A DNA stretch of 64,000 nt, taken from Fibrobacterales bacterium (lineage in GTDB: Bacteria > Fibrobacterota > Fibrobacteria > Fibrobacterales > JAOPTW01). Below, one piece after another: positions 49,940-60,517 of the stretch. The notes beneath the pieces were generated by a model. That model was given only the letters and a program-made list of their open reading frames with translations. It was not told where the DNA came from and did not search any database. The stretch spans positions 96,001-160,000 of the forward strand of contig JAOPTW010000013.1 in the NCBI GenBank assembly GCA_051532035.1, read 5' to 3'. Both the position numbers and the translations under genes were made by a program. Positions within the stretch are counted from its first letter, which is position 1; each line of letters begins with the position of its first letter.

Positions 49940-52291
49940 TTAACAAGATAGGGTTTCAGAGACCTCTTCGGGTGTTTTTATGAAAATAGGCTTCCATTCC
50001 TGTGGAAACAACTCTCGATATTCACGTCGTGAAAACCGAGAATCTATCAGCAACACCGTTCCTGTATCCGTCATAGTTCGAATAACCCTCCCTGCCGCCT
50101 GTAACACTTTATTCATCCCCGGATACATATACGCATATTCAAATCCCACGCGATGGGTATCAAAGTAATCTTTGACCAAATTGCGTTCAGTCGAGATACC
50201 CGGTAAACCAACACCAACAATTGCCACTCCCGTAAGGCGATCCCCTGTTAGGTCTACCCCTTCGCTAAATACTCCGCCCATTACTGCAAATCCTACCAGA
50301 CTTTGAGGGTTTTGGGCATTACGTTCTTCTGCAAGTTCATGAAAATGTTCTATAAATGCGGTCCGTTCATCTTCAGCCATCCCCGACTCTTGCACGACTG
50401 TTTTTACATCGGGGTTTTGAGACATAAACTGCTCAACTCCTTGATTCATATAGGCATATGACGGAAAGTAGACCATATAGTTACCCGCCTTTGCATTCAC
50501 CAAAGCATCAATAGAATCAACAACACTCCCCAGAGAGGCATTCCGTTGTTTATAGGTTGTCTCAATGGTATCTGCAATGAGTACTTTGAGGTTCTCAGTA
50601 GGAAAAGGAGAAGGAAGTGCCCCCACTTGTGCATCCGAATCTACCCCCAACAACTGTTTATAGTAGTGCATAGGAGATAGTGTGGCTGAAAAAACAGCTG
50701 TAGATGTGCCATACATCAATGCTTTGTGGAGTTGCTCAGAAGGATCTATGCAATACAGCTTCAATACAAGGTTCTTTGCATCAGGGGTATAGATACAGCG
50801 AAACCGTTCATTATATAATTCGGCTATCGTTACAAATTGCTTAATAGTATAATAGGTGTCCAGGAGTACCTTTTTATACGGCCCCCCTTTATTGAGATCG
50901 AGCCAATCATCTGTTGCACGAACCACAGCTCTCAGCCTCCAGAGAAGCTCTTCGGGAAACTCTCGTTCTATGAACTCCGTGGTTGTGCTACTTTTTTCTT
51001 TACGCTTATTCAAAAACCAAGTATTAACCTTACCGAGGTCACGATAGATATACTTTACCGAATCTTTATAGGGCTTGAGTTCTCGGCGAATGGCCAGTAT
51101 GTCTGCCTTATCAAGTTCAGCAGAATACATATCCCGCCCTCGATCAACCAGATTATGTGCTTCATCTACGAGAAAGTGATATTCCCCTCCGTTACTCCCA
51201 AAATACCGCTTGAGGGATACAAAGGGATCAAACAGGTAATTGTAATCACATATAACGACATCACACAGCATGGATATATCAAGAGAGTATTCAAAGGGAC
51301 AGATACCGTGTTTTTGAGAGACCTCTTCAACTACTTCCCGTGTAAGAACATCCTTTTGCCGCCCCTCTATTAGTGCAGGATTCAGCCGTTCATAATAGCC
51401 TTTTGCATACTTACACGTATCACAGCTTTTGGGATTGTCTTTTATAAAGCAGATTTTCTCTTTTGAGACAAGGGTAACAGACTTTAATCGTAATCCATCA
51501 TCGCGCAACAAAGAAAGGGCGTTCTCTGCAATCTCTCGCCCTGTTGTTCGGGCAGTCAGATAAAATATTTTCTCAGTAAATCCAGCTTCCAGGCTTTTAA
51601 TTGCCGGAAAAAGTGACGCGAGGGTTTTCCCTATCCCCGTTGGCGCCTGAACCAGTACTTGGCCTTTGTTCTTTGCTGCAGTATATATCTCTGCCATCAT
51701 CTCTCGCTGCCCTTTTCTAAAAGGGGCAAACGGAAAATCACTCTCAGCTATCGATTCATTCCGTACCGACATCCAGTAGATACTATTTTTGCTCACCTCA
51801 AGATAGAGCTGTACCTGTTCTTCAAAGAAGGTATCAAGCTCTGAGAGAGAATATATGGCAGACTTGCTATGGCTAAATACACCATCCACTGAATACCAAT
51901 TGATTACTCCCTCAACTTGGTGGTACTCTTCGCTTTTGCCATAAAGGTAGGCAAGGGTTTTATTTATGAGCTGAGCTGCATCGACGTTTCGTGGATCGTG
52001 TATTGCAACGGTCTCTATCAATGGTAACTGATCGTCGTGCGTAAGAGCCGTAATCTCCCCTTCAAAGAGAAACGTCAGATCATCCCGTTCATACTGATGC
52101 CCTACCGGATAATTAAACGTTTTGTCGGCATGTTCTGCAGTGAATAACCGTACTGCTTCTTTTGCTGCCCTATCGATGCTATAGGTACTTTCGTTAAGAT
52201 CAATACCACGGCAAAGCACCGATACAAACGTATCTACCGAAATGATTCTTTCTGGTATTGTGGGTTCTTTGGTTGGTTCGGGCTGCCTCAT
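49940..52291 (-). CDS. DinG/Rad3(XPD)-family Fe-S ATP-dependent DNA helicase
   Basis: QAPTGIGKT; Fe-S Cys (KEKIC..CDTC..ICPFE); LVDEAHNL; FSATLSP; FSEGVDL; QAAGRVIR. Confidence 0.93.
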   Translation of the reverse strand: MRQPEPTKEPTIPERIISVDTFVSVLCRGIDLNESTYSIDRAAKEAVRLFTAEHADKTFNYPVGHQYERDDLTFLFEGEITALTHDDQLPLIETVAIHDPRNVDAAQLINKTLAYLYGKSEEYHQVEGVINWYSVDGVFSHSKSAIYSLSELDTFFEEQVQLYLEVSKNSIYWMSVRNESIAESDFPFAPFRKGQREMMAEIYTAAKNKGQVLVQAPTGIGKTLASLFPAIKSLEAGFTEKIFYLTARTTGREIAENALSLLRDDGLRLKSVTLVSKEKICFIKDNPKSCDTCKYAKGYYERLNPALIEGRQKDVLTREVVEEVSQKHGICPFEYSLDISMLCDVVICDYNYLFDPFVSLKRYFGSNGGEYHFLVDEAHNLVDRGRDMYSAELDKADILAIRRELKPYKDSVKYIYRDLGKVNTWFLNKRKEKSSTTTEFIEREFPEELLWRLRAVVRATDDWLDLNKGGPYKKVLLDTYYTIKQFVTIAELYNERFRCIYTPDAKNLVLKLYCIDPSEQLHKALMYGTSTAVFSATLSPMHYYKQLLGVDSDAQVGALPSPFPTENLKVLIADTIETTYKQRNASLGSVVDSIDALVNAKAGNYMVYFPSYAYMNQGVEQFMSQNPDVKTVVQESGMAEDERTAFIEHFHELAEERNAQNPQSLVGFAVMGGVFSEGVDLTGDRLTGVAIVGVGLPGISTERNLVKDYFDTHRVGFEYAYMYPGMNKVLQAAGRVIRTMTDTGTVLLIDSRFSRREYRELFPQEWKPIFIKTPEEVSETLSC

Positions 52292-52309
52292 GAGCTAATG
52301 ATAGAAAAA

Positions 52310-52414
52310 TCAGTCATCACTTTTCTGTTGTATACGCTTCCGTAACCATTCTGTTTTGATATAAAATCGACGGAGCGCTTCAACATCTTTAAGAACTTGT
52401 TCAATCCTTGTCAT
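52310..52414 (-). CDS. Putative 34-aa small protein upstream of the helicase
   Basis: GAGG RBS; translation MTRIEQVLKDVEALRRFYIKTEWLRKRIQQKSDD. Confidence 0.35.
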   Translation of the reverse strand: MTRIEQVLKDVEALRRFYIKTEWLRKRIQQKSDD

Positions 52415-52547
52415 TTTGAAGTGCCTCTATTTTAAAGAACTCGTCGTATATATCCATATAATGCTTTCATTTTTGCTTCACTTTCAAATATAACTTTTCG
52501 ATAGGTTAACTTCGATATTTCAATTAAAAACCAGTAATCCAAGGTAC

Positions 52548-52579
52548 AAAAAAAGGCAGTGGAAAATCCCACTGCCTTT
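52548..52579 (-). terminator. Terminator of the CotH gene
   Basis: AAAAAAAGGCAGTGG...CCACTGCCTTT. Confidence 0.8.
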
Positions 52580-52613
52580 ATAATATTGAGTTAAACTCAA
52601 ATGTATCGTGCTC

Positions 52614-55600
52614 TTATGGGAGCGTTACTACTTGAATATCAGAGATATTGATATCGGTACTGCTATTACCCATATTAAAGGTAACACGTGCATTATTGTC
52701 AGAACCACTCATAGTGAATTCATACTCAAATGTTTGTGGAGCAGGAGTAAGGGTTACACTCGCAGCACCACCATAGAAACTCCATGGAGATGATGCTTTC
52801 TCAAGTGTTGCACTCATCGTTCTGGTTGCAACTGCACTTGCTGTAAAGCTAAAGCGGTACGTTTCACCATCTTCGAGGTTTACACCGATTTGATTCAGCT
52901 GGATGTTCCATGTAGCTGTTCCGCCATTAGAGATAGCAATAGTTCCTTCAGAACCATTTACAGAACGAGTAGCAGAAGCTCCAGAGAATACACCCATGTC
53001 CCAGCCAGTCCAACCGTTAGATAGGTCACCGTTAACAAGCATGTTTTCTAATACAACATCAGTTACAACAACATACTCTGCACGTCCTATCATAGCAATT
53101 GCTGCCCGGATTTCTACTCTTACCGAACATTCACCTTCTACCGCAACTGCTGTTGCAGTAAAGAGTCCTGAATCGTCAACAGTACCACACGTACCAAACA
53201 TAGACCATGTGTAGGTAACCGCATCATAATTATTACCAAATTGATCTAATGCTTGCGCAGTATATTGTTGAGTATTTCCTAGTGCCACTTCTGTAACAGT
53301 ACCTGGAGTAAAGTCAACATCCCAAAGCGTTGGAACTGCTGTTACTTCAATTGCTTTAGTAGCTGAAATACCTTCAGCTTCTGCAGTGATTACAAAAGAA
53401 CCCGTTTCAGTTGCAGTAAAGAGACCCGCAGCTGTAATGGTTCCACCCGTTGTAGAATAAGTGATAACCGTTGCTATAGGAGCGCCGTATTGATCAATTC
53501 CCGTTGCTGCAAAGGGAACAACTTCACCAACAATAACTGAAGGTACTGTTGGTGGAAATTGAATGTGGTCGAGTACCGGAGGAAGTACTACTGATGGTGA
53601 TCCCATTACTTGGAAATCATAGAGAGAAAAGCCATAGATTGTAGTACGAGTGTTGCCATACATTCTAATGTCCGTTACGCGACTCGCAGATACATCAAAG
53701 TTTTCTATGCCACCATTACCATTTGTTTCACTATAAATAGTTGTCCATGTGGTATTGTCAGCTGTTTTGACTTGAATATCATACGATTTACCAGCAGCGG
53801 CTTCCCAGTTTAATTCAACAGAGCTGATATCAAATTCTCCACCAAGAGAAACAGCAATCCATTGATTGTTTGAGTGTAAACTTGACCAGCGAGTTTCTGT
53901 TGATGCGTCTACGGCAAAATCAGATGCTTGGTTACCGCTTTCGATAGATGAAGTAGTTGTTGCTTTTTCGAATGCAATATTTTGAGGAACATCTGAAACA
54001 ATGATTGTTGCTTCAGTTACCATTCCGCCAGTCTCAGCAAAAATGGTAAATGAGCCTGCTGATGTTGCAGTGTATAAACCAGAAGTACTTATGAGTCCAG
54101 CACTCGCATTCCAGTTGAATGCAACATTCATTACGTTTCCAAATTGGTCGAGTGCTTCAGCAGTATATTGTTGAGTCTCACCAATATTGATATTTGCAGC
54201 CTGAGGTGTTATGCTCATTGTAGTTAACACAGGCTCTTCATTTACTGTAATAATAACGTCTGTAGAAACTCCAGCTGATGTTGCAGTAACTCTTGCTACG
54301 CCTGCAACCGTACCAACAAAGAGACCATTTTGATCGATTGTACTGTGAGCAGTTGTCCATGTGAATACCGCTGCAATTGAGTTACCAAATTGATCAAACC
54401 CTGCGGCAGTGAATTGTTGAGACTCACCAAAATCAATAGTGCTTATTGCTGGTGTAACCACAATAGAAGTAAGAACTGGAGCATCACTTACGGTTACTGT
54501 AGCGCTACCAGAAATAGTTCCAGAAGTTGCAGTTACAGTTACATCACCTTCTACAGCAGCAGTAAAGAGACCATTTGCATCAATAGTTCCGTTTAAAGCA
54601 GTCCAAACAAATTGTCCAGGAACAGCATTACCACTCATGTCAAACGCCTGAGCAGAAAACTGTTGCGTGCCACCAAAAGCAATGGTTGTATTATTGGGGG
54701 TTACTTCAATAGATCTGACTACCGGAGCATTAACCGTAATATTTGCAGTCTGAGAGATCCCAAATGCAGTTGCGGTAATAACTTGAGCGCCAGGTTCAGT
54801 ACCGGTATATTCACCAGTAGTTACGTCTATTTCACCACCCGTTGCCGACCATACAAAATCTGTAGGTATTGTTGTACCATACTGATCACGAAGTGTTGCG
54901 TGCATAGACATTGTCACATTATACCCAATAGTTCCGTTTGCTGGAGATATTGAAATAGTTGTTGGAACCGGTGCAGGATAAATTTCTGGATATGAATATA
55001 TTGTTAATGCATCAGCAGTCACTGAAAACTGTGCAGTACCTTCTGAAATGGCAGTTAATAGACCATTTTCATCAACGGTTGCAATTGCATCTCTATAGTT
55101 TGTCCAGATAAAATCAACACCTTCAATAACAGTACCATTGCGACCTTTTGCAATAGCCTGTAATTGTACCGACTCACCAGCTTTAAGCTCACTAACATTA
55201 GGCGCAATAACTATTTGGGTAACTGCTTGTCCATGAGAAACAGTAAATGTTGCTGTAGTAGACACTGCCCCTGATTGTACCGTTATTGTTTTTTCTTCAG
55301 GAGATTCACCATACGCTCGAGCAGTATTGTTTTCTAAAGGGAAAAGATGTACCTGGTCTCCGGCAACCCACTCAGCATCAAAAGCAATAACTCTTCCGTA
55401 TTGGTCATAACCAATAGTTTCAAAATAAACAAATTGACGAGGGCGAACGGGCCCTTGAGTATCTTGACTTATTTCAATTGTAGTCAGTACAGGATTTGGA
55501 AATTCTGGAACTTCAACAATCGTAATGTTATTGAGAGTTACATCTGAGTGAGTACCACCTACATTAAATACTAAACGTGCATCAAGGTCAGTTTCTTGAG

Positions 55601-58600
55601 CAACAAACTCAAATGAGTAGGGAGTCATAACTGTTGTGATTGGCACTGCACTGAGGTTTGCGTAGTTTGTCCATGGGCTTCCATCAGTTTCAATATGAGT
55701 TCTGAAGTTTCTGTCAGATTCCGCTTTCGCATCAAAGCTATACCGGTATTTTTTACCTGCTTCAATAGGGATATGCCGTTGTCCAAATTGAATGTTCCAG
55801 TGAGCAGATCCAGGAGTAATGATGTCAATAAATGCTTCACCGTTTCCATTAACAGTATTGTGAGCATTGGCGTTATTGAGGTCGATGTACCAGTTGGTAA
55901 ATCCATCAGAAAAATCACCATTCTGAATAAGGTTCACTTCTGAAACAACCACTGCAGCTGTGGCAATAACACCATCAGTCTCAGCAGTCACCGTGTAATT
56001 CCCGCTTAATGCAGCACTAAAGAGACCATCTGTAGTAATAGTAGCATTACCGGTAGTGCTCCATACAATATCTGAAGTTACTTCAGCACCGTATTGATCA
56101 TAGGCTACAGCAGAAAACTGTTGAGACTCACCAATTGCAATATGAGCAGCACCAGGAGTGATTTCGATAGTAGTCAATACCGGGAGACTAATAACGTTGA
56201 TATCGGTAGTGCCAGAGATAGCACCATCAGTTGCCGTTACGGTGTGTGTACCAAGATCATAGGCGATATATGTTCCATCGCCAAGGATGGTGCCTGCAGA
56301 AGCAGCCCAATCAACGCCAACACTTACTTCAACACCAAATTGGTCATAGCCACGAGCTATAAATTGCTGAGGGCCACCATGGTAAATAGTAGATGCTGCA
56401 GGTGATACTTCTATAGTAGTGAGAACGGGGAATTCTCTTATCGTAAGTTGTGTAGTAGCACTCAAACCTGCCGAAGTTACAGAAACAGATGCTGTTCCCG
56501 CTTCAATTGTTGTAACAAGACCATTTTCATCAATGGTGCCGTTACCCAATATATTCCAAGTAAAGTCGGCATCTATAGGATTACTATGTTGATCAAAACC
56601 TTCCGCAGTATATTGTTGCGTTTCACCAGCCGTAACTGATGTGGCGAGAGGCGTAAGGCTTATAGATGTAAGTACCGGGAGTGTAATGGTTTTTGTTCCC
56701 CATACTTCGAATGACCAGAGTGAGTTACCCCACTGAGTAGCTCTTGTAAACCCGTACATCCGTACATAACGAGCAGAAACTGGAGTAATGTCTATTACAT
56801 CTCTACCTGCATCGCCATTAGTTTCAGTAAATACTGTTGTCCAGTCTGTCCCGTTGTCAGATATTTGAATTTCATAGTGTTTTGATGCAGCAGCCTCCCA
56901 CTCGAGAACCACTTGTGAAATGTCATACGCATCAAGAAGGTTTACCGCGATCCATTGGTCATCTTTAAATTCTGAAGACCATCGAGTAGTACCATCAAAA
57001 TCAACGGCAAATTCAGGAGCTAAATTTGAAGCTTCTGAGGTAGAAGCGGTAGCAGCTTTGCCCAGTGCAACATTAGTCAGGGTAGCGGTTACTGTTATTT
57101 GAGTAGTAGCCGAAAAGGTTCCTGCCGATGCGGTGACACTGTGTTGGCCTACTGTAGTAGCAGTATATAAACCCGTAGAAGTAAGATGCCCTTCACCAGT
57201 AACGACCCAAAGGATTTCAGTATCAAAGGCGTTTCCATATTGGTCTAAAGCCGTTGCAGTAAACTGTTGAGTAGTACCGATTTCTAAAGAAACGGTTGAA
57301 GCAGGAGCTATAGAGAAGCTTGTCAGCACTGCAGCAGCAAGAACTTCAACTTGCGCTACAGCAGTTTGACCTTCAGCTTCAACAGTTACAACATACATCC
57401 CTTCTTCAGATGCAGTAAATACACCGTCTACAATAGATGCGGTCCCTGTAGTAGTCCATGTGTAACTCGCTGTATACGGAGTTCCATATTGGTTAGTAGC
57501 AGATGCAACAAGCGTTACAGAAGCACCGGCACCAACAGTTGATTCAACCGGAGACACTGCAATTGTTTCTAAGACAGGGGCTTCAGCAGGATTTTCTAAC
57601 CCTGGGGTTCCGTGAAGAACGTATGAGGCCGACCAGTTAGATGCATCGTCTGAATGAGTGGTAGCAGTAAGATTTAAGATATTAAGTGAAGGTCCATCAC
57701 CATCGGGTGATTCTGGCCACTCGCCTTCATCTGCATAGGTAACGTTATCGATTCTTTGACCAAATGCATCGACCATTTCAACTTGTTCATCGCCATTATC
57801 AAGCTCATCAGAGTAGTGACCATTAGGCATGTACCCATAACGACGAGTAAACTCACCTGGATTTTTAGCTATAACATAGTATTCACCAGCTTGAAGAATT
57901 GTTTCAGCGGGGAATGTATATAAAACACCTTTGCTAAATTTTGCACCAGCCATGCTTACTGCACGGTCACTTGCGTTTTTAATCTCAATAAACTCTAATG
58001 CATTTTCATCAATGTCACCATCAAGTTCATCGGGTTTGTAGTGAATTTCAGAAAATTTGATCACGTTCTCACCAATAGACTCAGTAAAAAAGATCTCTCT
58101 GACTGGGCTCCATGCTCCATCAGTTTGACGATTACGGGTCTTAATAACCTTTGCGCCAACGACTGTTGCAAAGTTTCCACCAAATTGAGCAGTAGCCGAG
58201 ACAGAACCGCCAGGAGCACGTGGATCAGTGCCATCAATAGTGTAGTACACTGTCGTATTTACTGCATTAGGATCAAGCTCGACAACGTTATCACCATTAG
58301 AAGGAATAAAACGGTCATTAATCAATGCACCTGATGCATTAAGAGTCGCTACAGGAGGTTTACGATCAGTGAACCAACCAATATTTTTCAATTGCTGTTT
58401 CACAACATTCGTTCTGTTGTCAATAAAGTTTTGTAGGTTAGATACAGCACCCCACCACGTAGCTTTTGTACGTGCGATTGTGCTTTTTTGGTCGCCCCAA
58501 CGAGCAGCCTCTGCTGTAATCGGACCCTCTGTATCGTTAATACGACGAGAAAGCATGCTCTGAACAGAGTCAGTAGTCATCGGTCCATTGTTATAGAAGT

Positions 58601-60173
58601 TACGATATGCAAGGTCTCTAAAGAGCATCTTGTATTCATCATTACTTATAAGCTTCTCATGGAGTGTTTGTGGATTAAAATACTCTCTACCGTTTAGGTC
58701 ATAAGGACCCACACGGTTCTCTTCACCAACATCAAATGAATGTTCTGCATCATGACGAACCCATTGGAACCCTTCAGGATTTACTTGGCTGATAATACCA
58801 TAAAAATTATTAAGGTATGCGTTGTTGTGCCATGAAGAAATAGGAGCATCCTTGTCACCCGTGTAGTAAATAGCGAGCATGTAGTCGATCAAGTTAGCAG
58901 CATCAAGATAATGAAACTGTGATGGGTCTAAGTCAGTACCGTTAGAAGCCAATCCTTGTAGCGCGTAATACTCAGCATCGGTTAGGTTACCTGATTGAAC
59001 TTTTTCGTACAGCTCATAATAAATATCAAGTGAACCATCAGTTGCGTCGGCTTTGCCACCTTCAGTATTAATGACATCATAAAAATCTTTGTCTTCGCCA
59101 AGGTATTGCGTTGCAAATTTTGCACTTGCCGCTTCTTGAACCATGAACAAGCCCCAATACACGCCATTTACATAGAGGTTAAAGTTAAAGCTTTTGGCGT
59201 GGAGACGCCCTTGAGCACGTTGAATATCACGAGCAAGTGGCTCACGGAGAAAGGTGTTTTTACGACTGTCATCACCTTCATCGCCCCACATGTTCCATGA
59301 GTAGTTTTGTGCAGTACGGAATCCAATTTTACGGTATTTCTGAACACCTTCATCTCCAAAGAGTGGGAACTGAAGATATTTTGGACCGTAATCTTTGTCG
59401 AAGTATACTTTAAAAGAGTGTTTTGGGTTCCAGTCACTACGGCTATACCCACCACGAAGACGGATACCACAGTTCTGTTGAAAACCATCATTGCCATTAG
59501 GGTTGATGAGTTCAATAGAACCTGGACGTTCCCATTTATTATCAAAGGGATCGTCTGCTTTTGCAGCCGTTGCATTCTCGTATATACCAAAACCTGGATC
59601 AAAAAGGTTTGGAAGTTCGGTTACCATTGAGATTGTTGGTACAGAAAGAAGCGAATTTCTTATTTCGCTAAGCGATGCAACACTTCCATCCATACCGTAG
59701 TCATAGTGTTGGCCAGAACCAGTGTTAGGTGAAGGCCATCCTGACCCAGGGGTATTCGATGATTGTTGTACAACCTCATCAATAAAGAGGTATGTAGAAA
59801 CAGCAATATCGCTGTCGTCATCCTCAGAGGGTGCTGAACCACATGCTTTGAGCGTTACTGCAGGAGTTCTTGGGCGCAGGCCGCCATAGGTTGCATTGGG
59901 ATCGATGTTCACTGTTACAGGGGTTAATCCTGATTGTGCAGTTGCAGATCCACAAGGATCGCTCCCATCAAGTGTATAATAGATCGTTGCATCTGATGTT
60001 TCAGTACTGAGTACTACATCAAAAGCATTATCGTAGAAACCTCGTTCTACAGAAAAATCTATGTCATCCACAGAGCCTGCCCATAGGGGTATGCAAGTGG
60101 TGAGTAAAAATATCAGTAATGTGTACGTACGTACAGAAAAATGACGTATCATGTGATTATGCCCTCTCATCAT
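52614..60173 (-). CDS. 2519-aa secreted CotH-kinase-family protein with Fn3-associated, lamin-tail, Ig-like (Big_2), two CBM32 (F5/8C) and two CBM4_9-like domains
   Basis: IYYTLDGSDP; GIRLRGGYSR..KHSFKVYF..LYVNGVYWGLF..HDAEHSF (CotH); FSEIHYKP..EFIEIKN (LTD); repeated QQFTA.ALDQ.GN; TRWSS..QWIAV.L (CBM32) x2; NGDFS/NGDLS..WNIQ (CBM4_9) x2. Confidence 0.9.
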   Translation of the reverse strand: MMRGHNHMIRHFSVRTYTLLIFLLTTCIPLWAGSVDDIDFSVERGFYDNAFDVVLSTETSDATIYYTLDGSDPCGSATAQSGLTPVTVNIDPNATYGGLRPRTPAVTLKACGSAPSEDDDSDIAVSTYLFIDEVVQQSSNTPGSGWPSPNTGSGQHYDYGMDGSVASLSEIRNSLLSVPTISMVTELPNLFDPGFGIYENATAAKADDPFDNKWERPGSIELINPNGNDGFQQNCGIRLRGGYSRSDWNPKHSFKVYFDKDYGPKYLQFPLFGDEGVQKYRKIGFRTAQNYSWNMWGDEGDDSRKNTFLREPLARDIQRAQGRLHAKSFNFNLYVNGVYWGLFMVQEAASAKFATQYLGEDKDFYDVINTEGGKADATDGSLDIYYELYEKVQSGNLTDAEYYALQGLASNGTDLDPSQFHYLDAANLIDYMLAIYYTGDKDAPISSWHNNAYLNNFYGIISQVNPEGFQWVRHDAEHSFDVGEENRVGPYDLNGREYFNPQTLHEKLISNDEYKMLFRDLAYRNFYNNGPMTTDSVQSMLSRRINDTEGPITAEAARWGDQKSTIARTKATWWGAVSNLQNFIDNRTNVVKQQLKNIGWFTDRKPPVATLNASGALINDRFIPSNGDNVVELDPNAVNTTVYYTIDGTDPRAPGGSVSATAQFGGNFATVVGAKVIKTRNRQTDGAWSPVREIFFTESIGENVIKFSEIHYKPDELDGDIDENALEFIEIKNASDRAVSMAGAKFSKGVLYTFPAETILQAGEYYVIAKNPGEFTRRYGYMPNGHYSDELDNGDEQVEMVDAFGQRIDNVTYADEGEWPESPDGDGPSLNILNLTATTHSDDASNWSASYVLHGTPGLENPAEAPVLETIAVSPVESTVGAGASVTLVASATNQYGTPYTASYTWTTTGTASIVDGVFTASEEGMYVVTVEAEGQTAVAQVEVLAAAVLTSFSIAPASTVSLEIGTTQQFTATALDQYGNAFDTEILWVVTGEGHLTSTGLYTATTVGQHSVTASAGTFSATTQITVTATLTNVALGKAATASTSEASNLAPEFAVDFDGTTRWSSEFKDDQWIAVNLLDAYDISQVVLEWEAAASKHYEIQISDNGTDWTTVFTETNGDAGRDVIDITPVSARYVRMYGFTRATQWGNSLWSFEVWGTKTITLPVLTSISLTPLATSVTAGETQQYTAEGFDQHSNPIDADFTWNILGNGTIDENGLVTTIEAGTASVSVTSAGLSATTQLTIREFPVLTTIEVSPAASTIYHGGPQQFIARGYDQFGVEVSVGVDWAASAGTILGDGTYIAYDLGTHTVTATDGAISGTTDINVISLPVLTTIEITPGAAHIAIGESQQFSAVAYDQYGAEVTSDIVWSTTGNATITTDGLFSAALSGNYTVTAETDGVIATAAVVVSEVNLIQNGDFSDGFTNWYIDLNNANAHNTVNGNGEAFIDIITPGSAHWNIQFGQRHIPIEAGKKYRYSFDAKAESDRNFRTHIETDGSPWTNYANLSAVPITTVMTPYSFEFVAQETDLDARLVFNVGGTHSDVTLNNITIVEVPEFPNPVLTTIEISQDTQGPVRPRQFVYFETIGYDQYGRVIAFDAEWVAGDQVHLFPLENNTARAYGESPEEKTITVQSGAVSTTATFTVSHGQAVTQIVIAPNVSELKAGESVQLQAIAKGRNGTVIEGVDFIWTNYRDAIATVDENGLLTAISEGTAQFSVTADALTIYSYPEIYPAPVPTTISISPANGTIGYNVTMSMHATLRDQYGTTIPTDFVWSATGGEIDVTTGEYTGTEPGAQVITATAFGISQTANITVNAPVVRSIEVTPNNTTIAFGGTQQFSAQAFDMSGNAVPGQFVWTALNGTIDANGLFTAAVEGDVTVTATSGTISGSATVTVSDAPVLTSIVVTPAISTIDFGESQQFTAAGFDQFGNSIAAVFTWTTAHSTIDQNGLFVGTVAGVARVTATSAGVSTDVIITVNEEPVLTTMSITPQAANINIGETQQYTAEALDQFGNVMNVAFNWNASAGLISTSGLYTATSAGSFTIFAETGGMVTEATIIVSDVPQNIAFEKATTTSSIESGNQASDFAVDASTETRWSSLHSNNQWIAVSLGGEFDISSVELNWEAAAGKSYDIQVKTADNTTWTTIYSETNGNGGIENFDVSASRVTDIRMYGNTRTTIYGFSLYDFQVMGSPSVVLPPVLDHIQFPPTVPSVIVGEVVPFAATGIDQYGAPIATVITYSTTGGTITAAGLFTATETGSFVITAEAEGISATKAIEVTAVPTLWDVDFTPGTVTEVALGNTQQYTAQALDQFGNNYDAVTYTWSMFGTCGTVDDSGLFTATAVAVEGECSVRVEIRAAIAMIGRAEYVVVTDVVLENMLVNGDLSNGWTGWDMGVFSGASATRSVNGSEGTIAISNGGTATWNIQLNQIGVNLEDGETYRFSFTASAVATRTMSATLEKASSPWSFYGGAASVTLTPAPQTFEYEFTMSGSDNNARVTFNMGNSSTDINISDIQVVTLP

Positions 60174-60517
60174 GTGGGTCCTTCATTGGTATGTGTGTTT
60201 GTGGTTATGTAATGTTATTTGCTAACAACTGGCAATAATAACTATTATCGTCAATAAACACCTTCCGCGTTTACAAACTGTTGCGAATAGTGTCATTTAT
60301 TCCCGGATTGCTTTGTTTATGTATAAGGGCACATTTACAATAAGATGAGAAGAAAGAGATATTTTCATTTTTTGTTGCAGACACTTAATAAAGAGTAGGC
60401 TCTATACACTTCAAGCTTGTAAATGCGGCCTACAGATTTACAAGTATCACTATTAATGTTAATGCACAGTTTTATTCCCGAACAGAGAATCATTCCAAAG
60501 GTTGGGTTTCCCCCACC

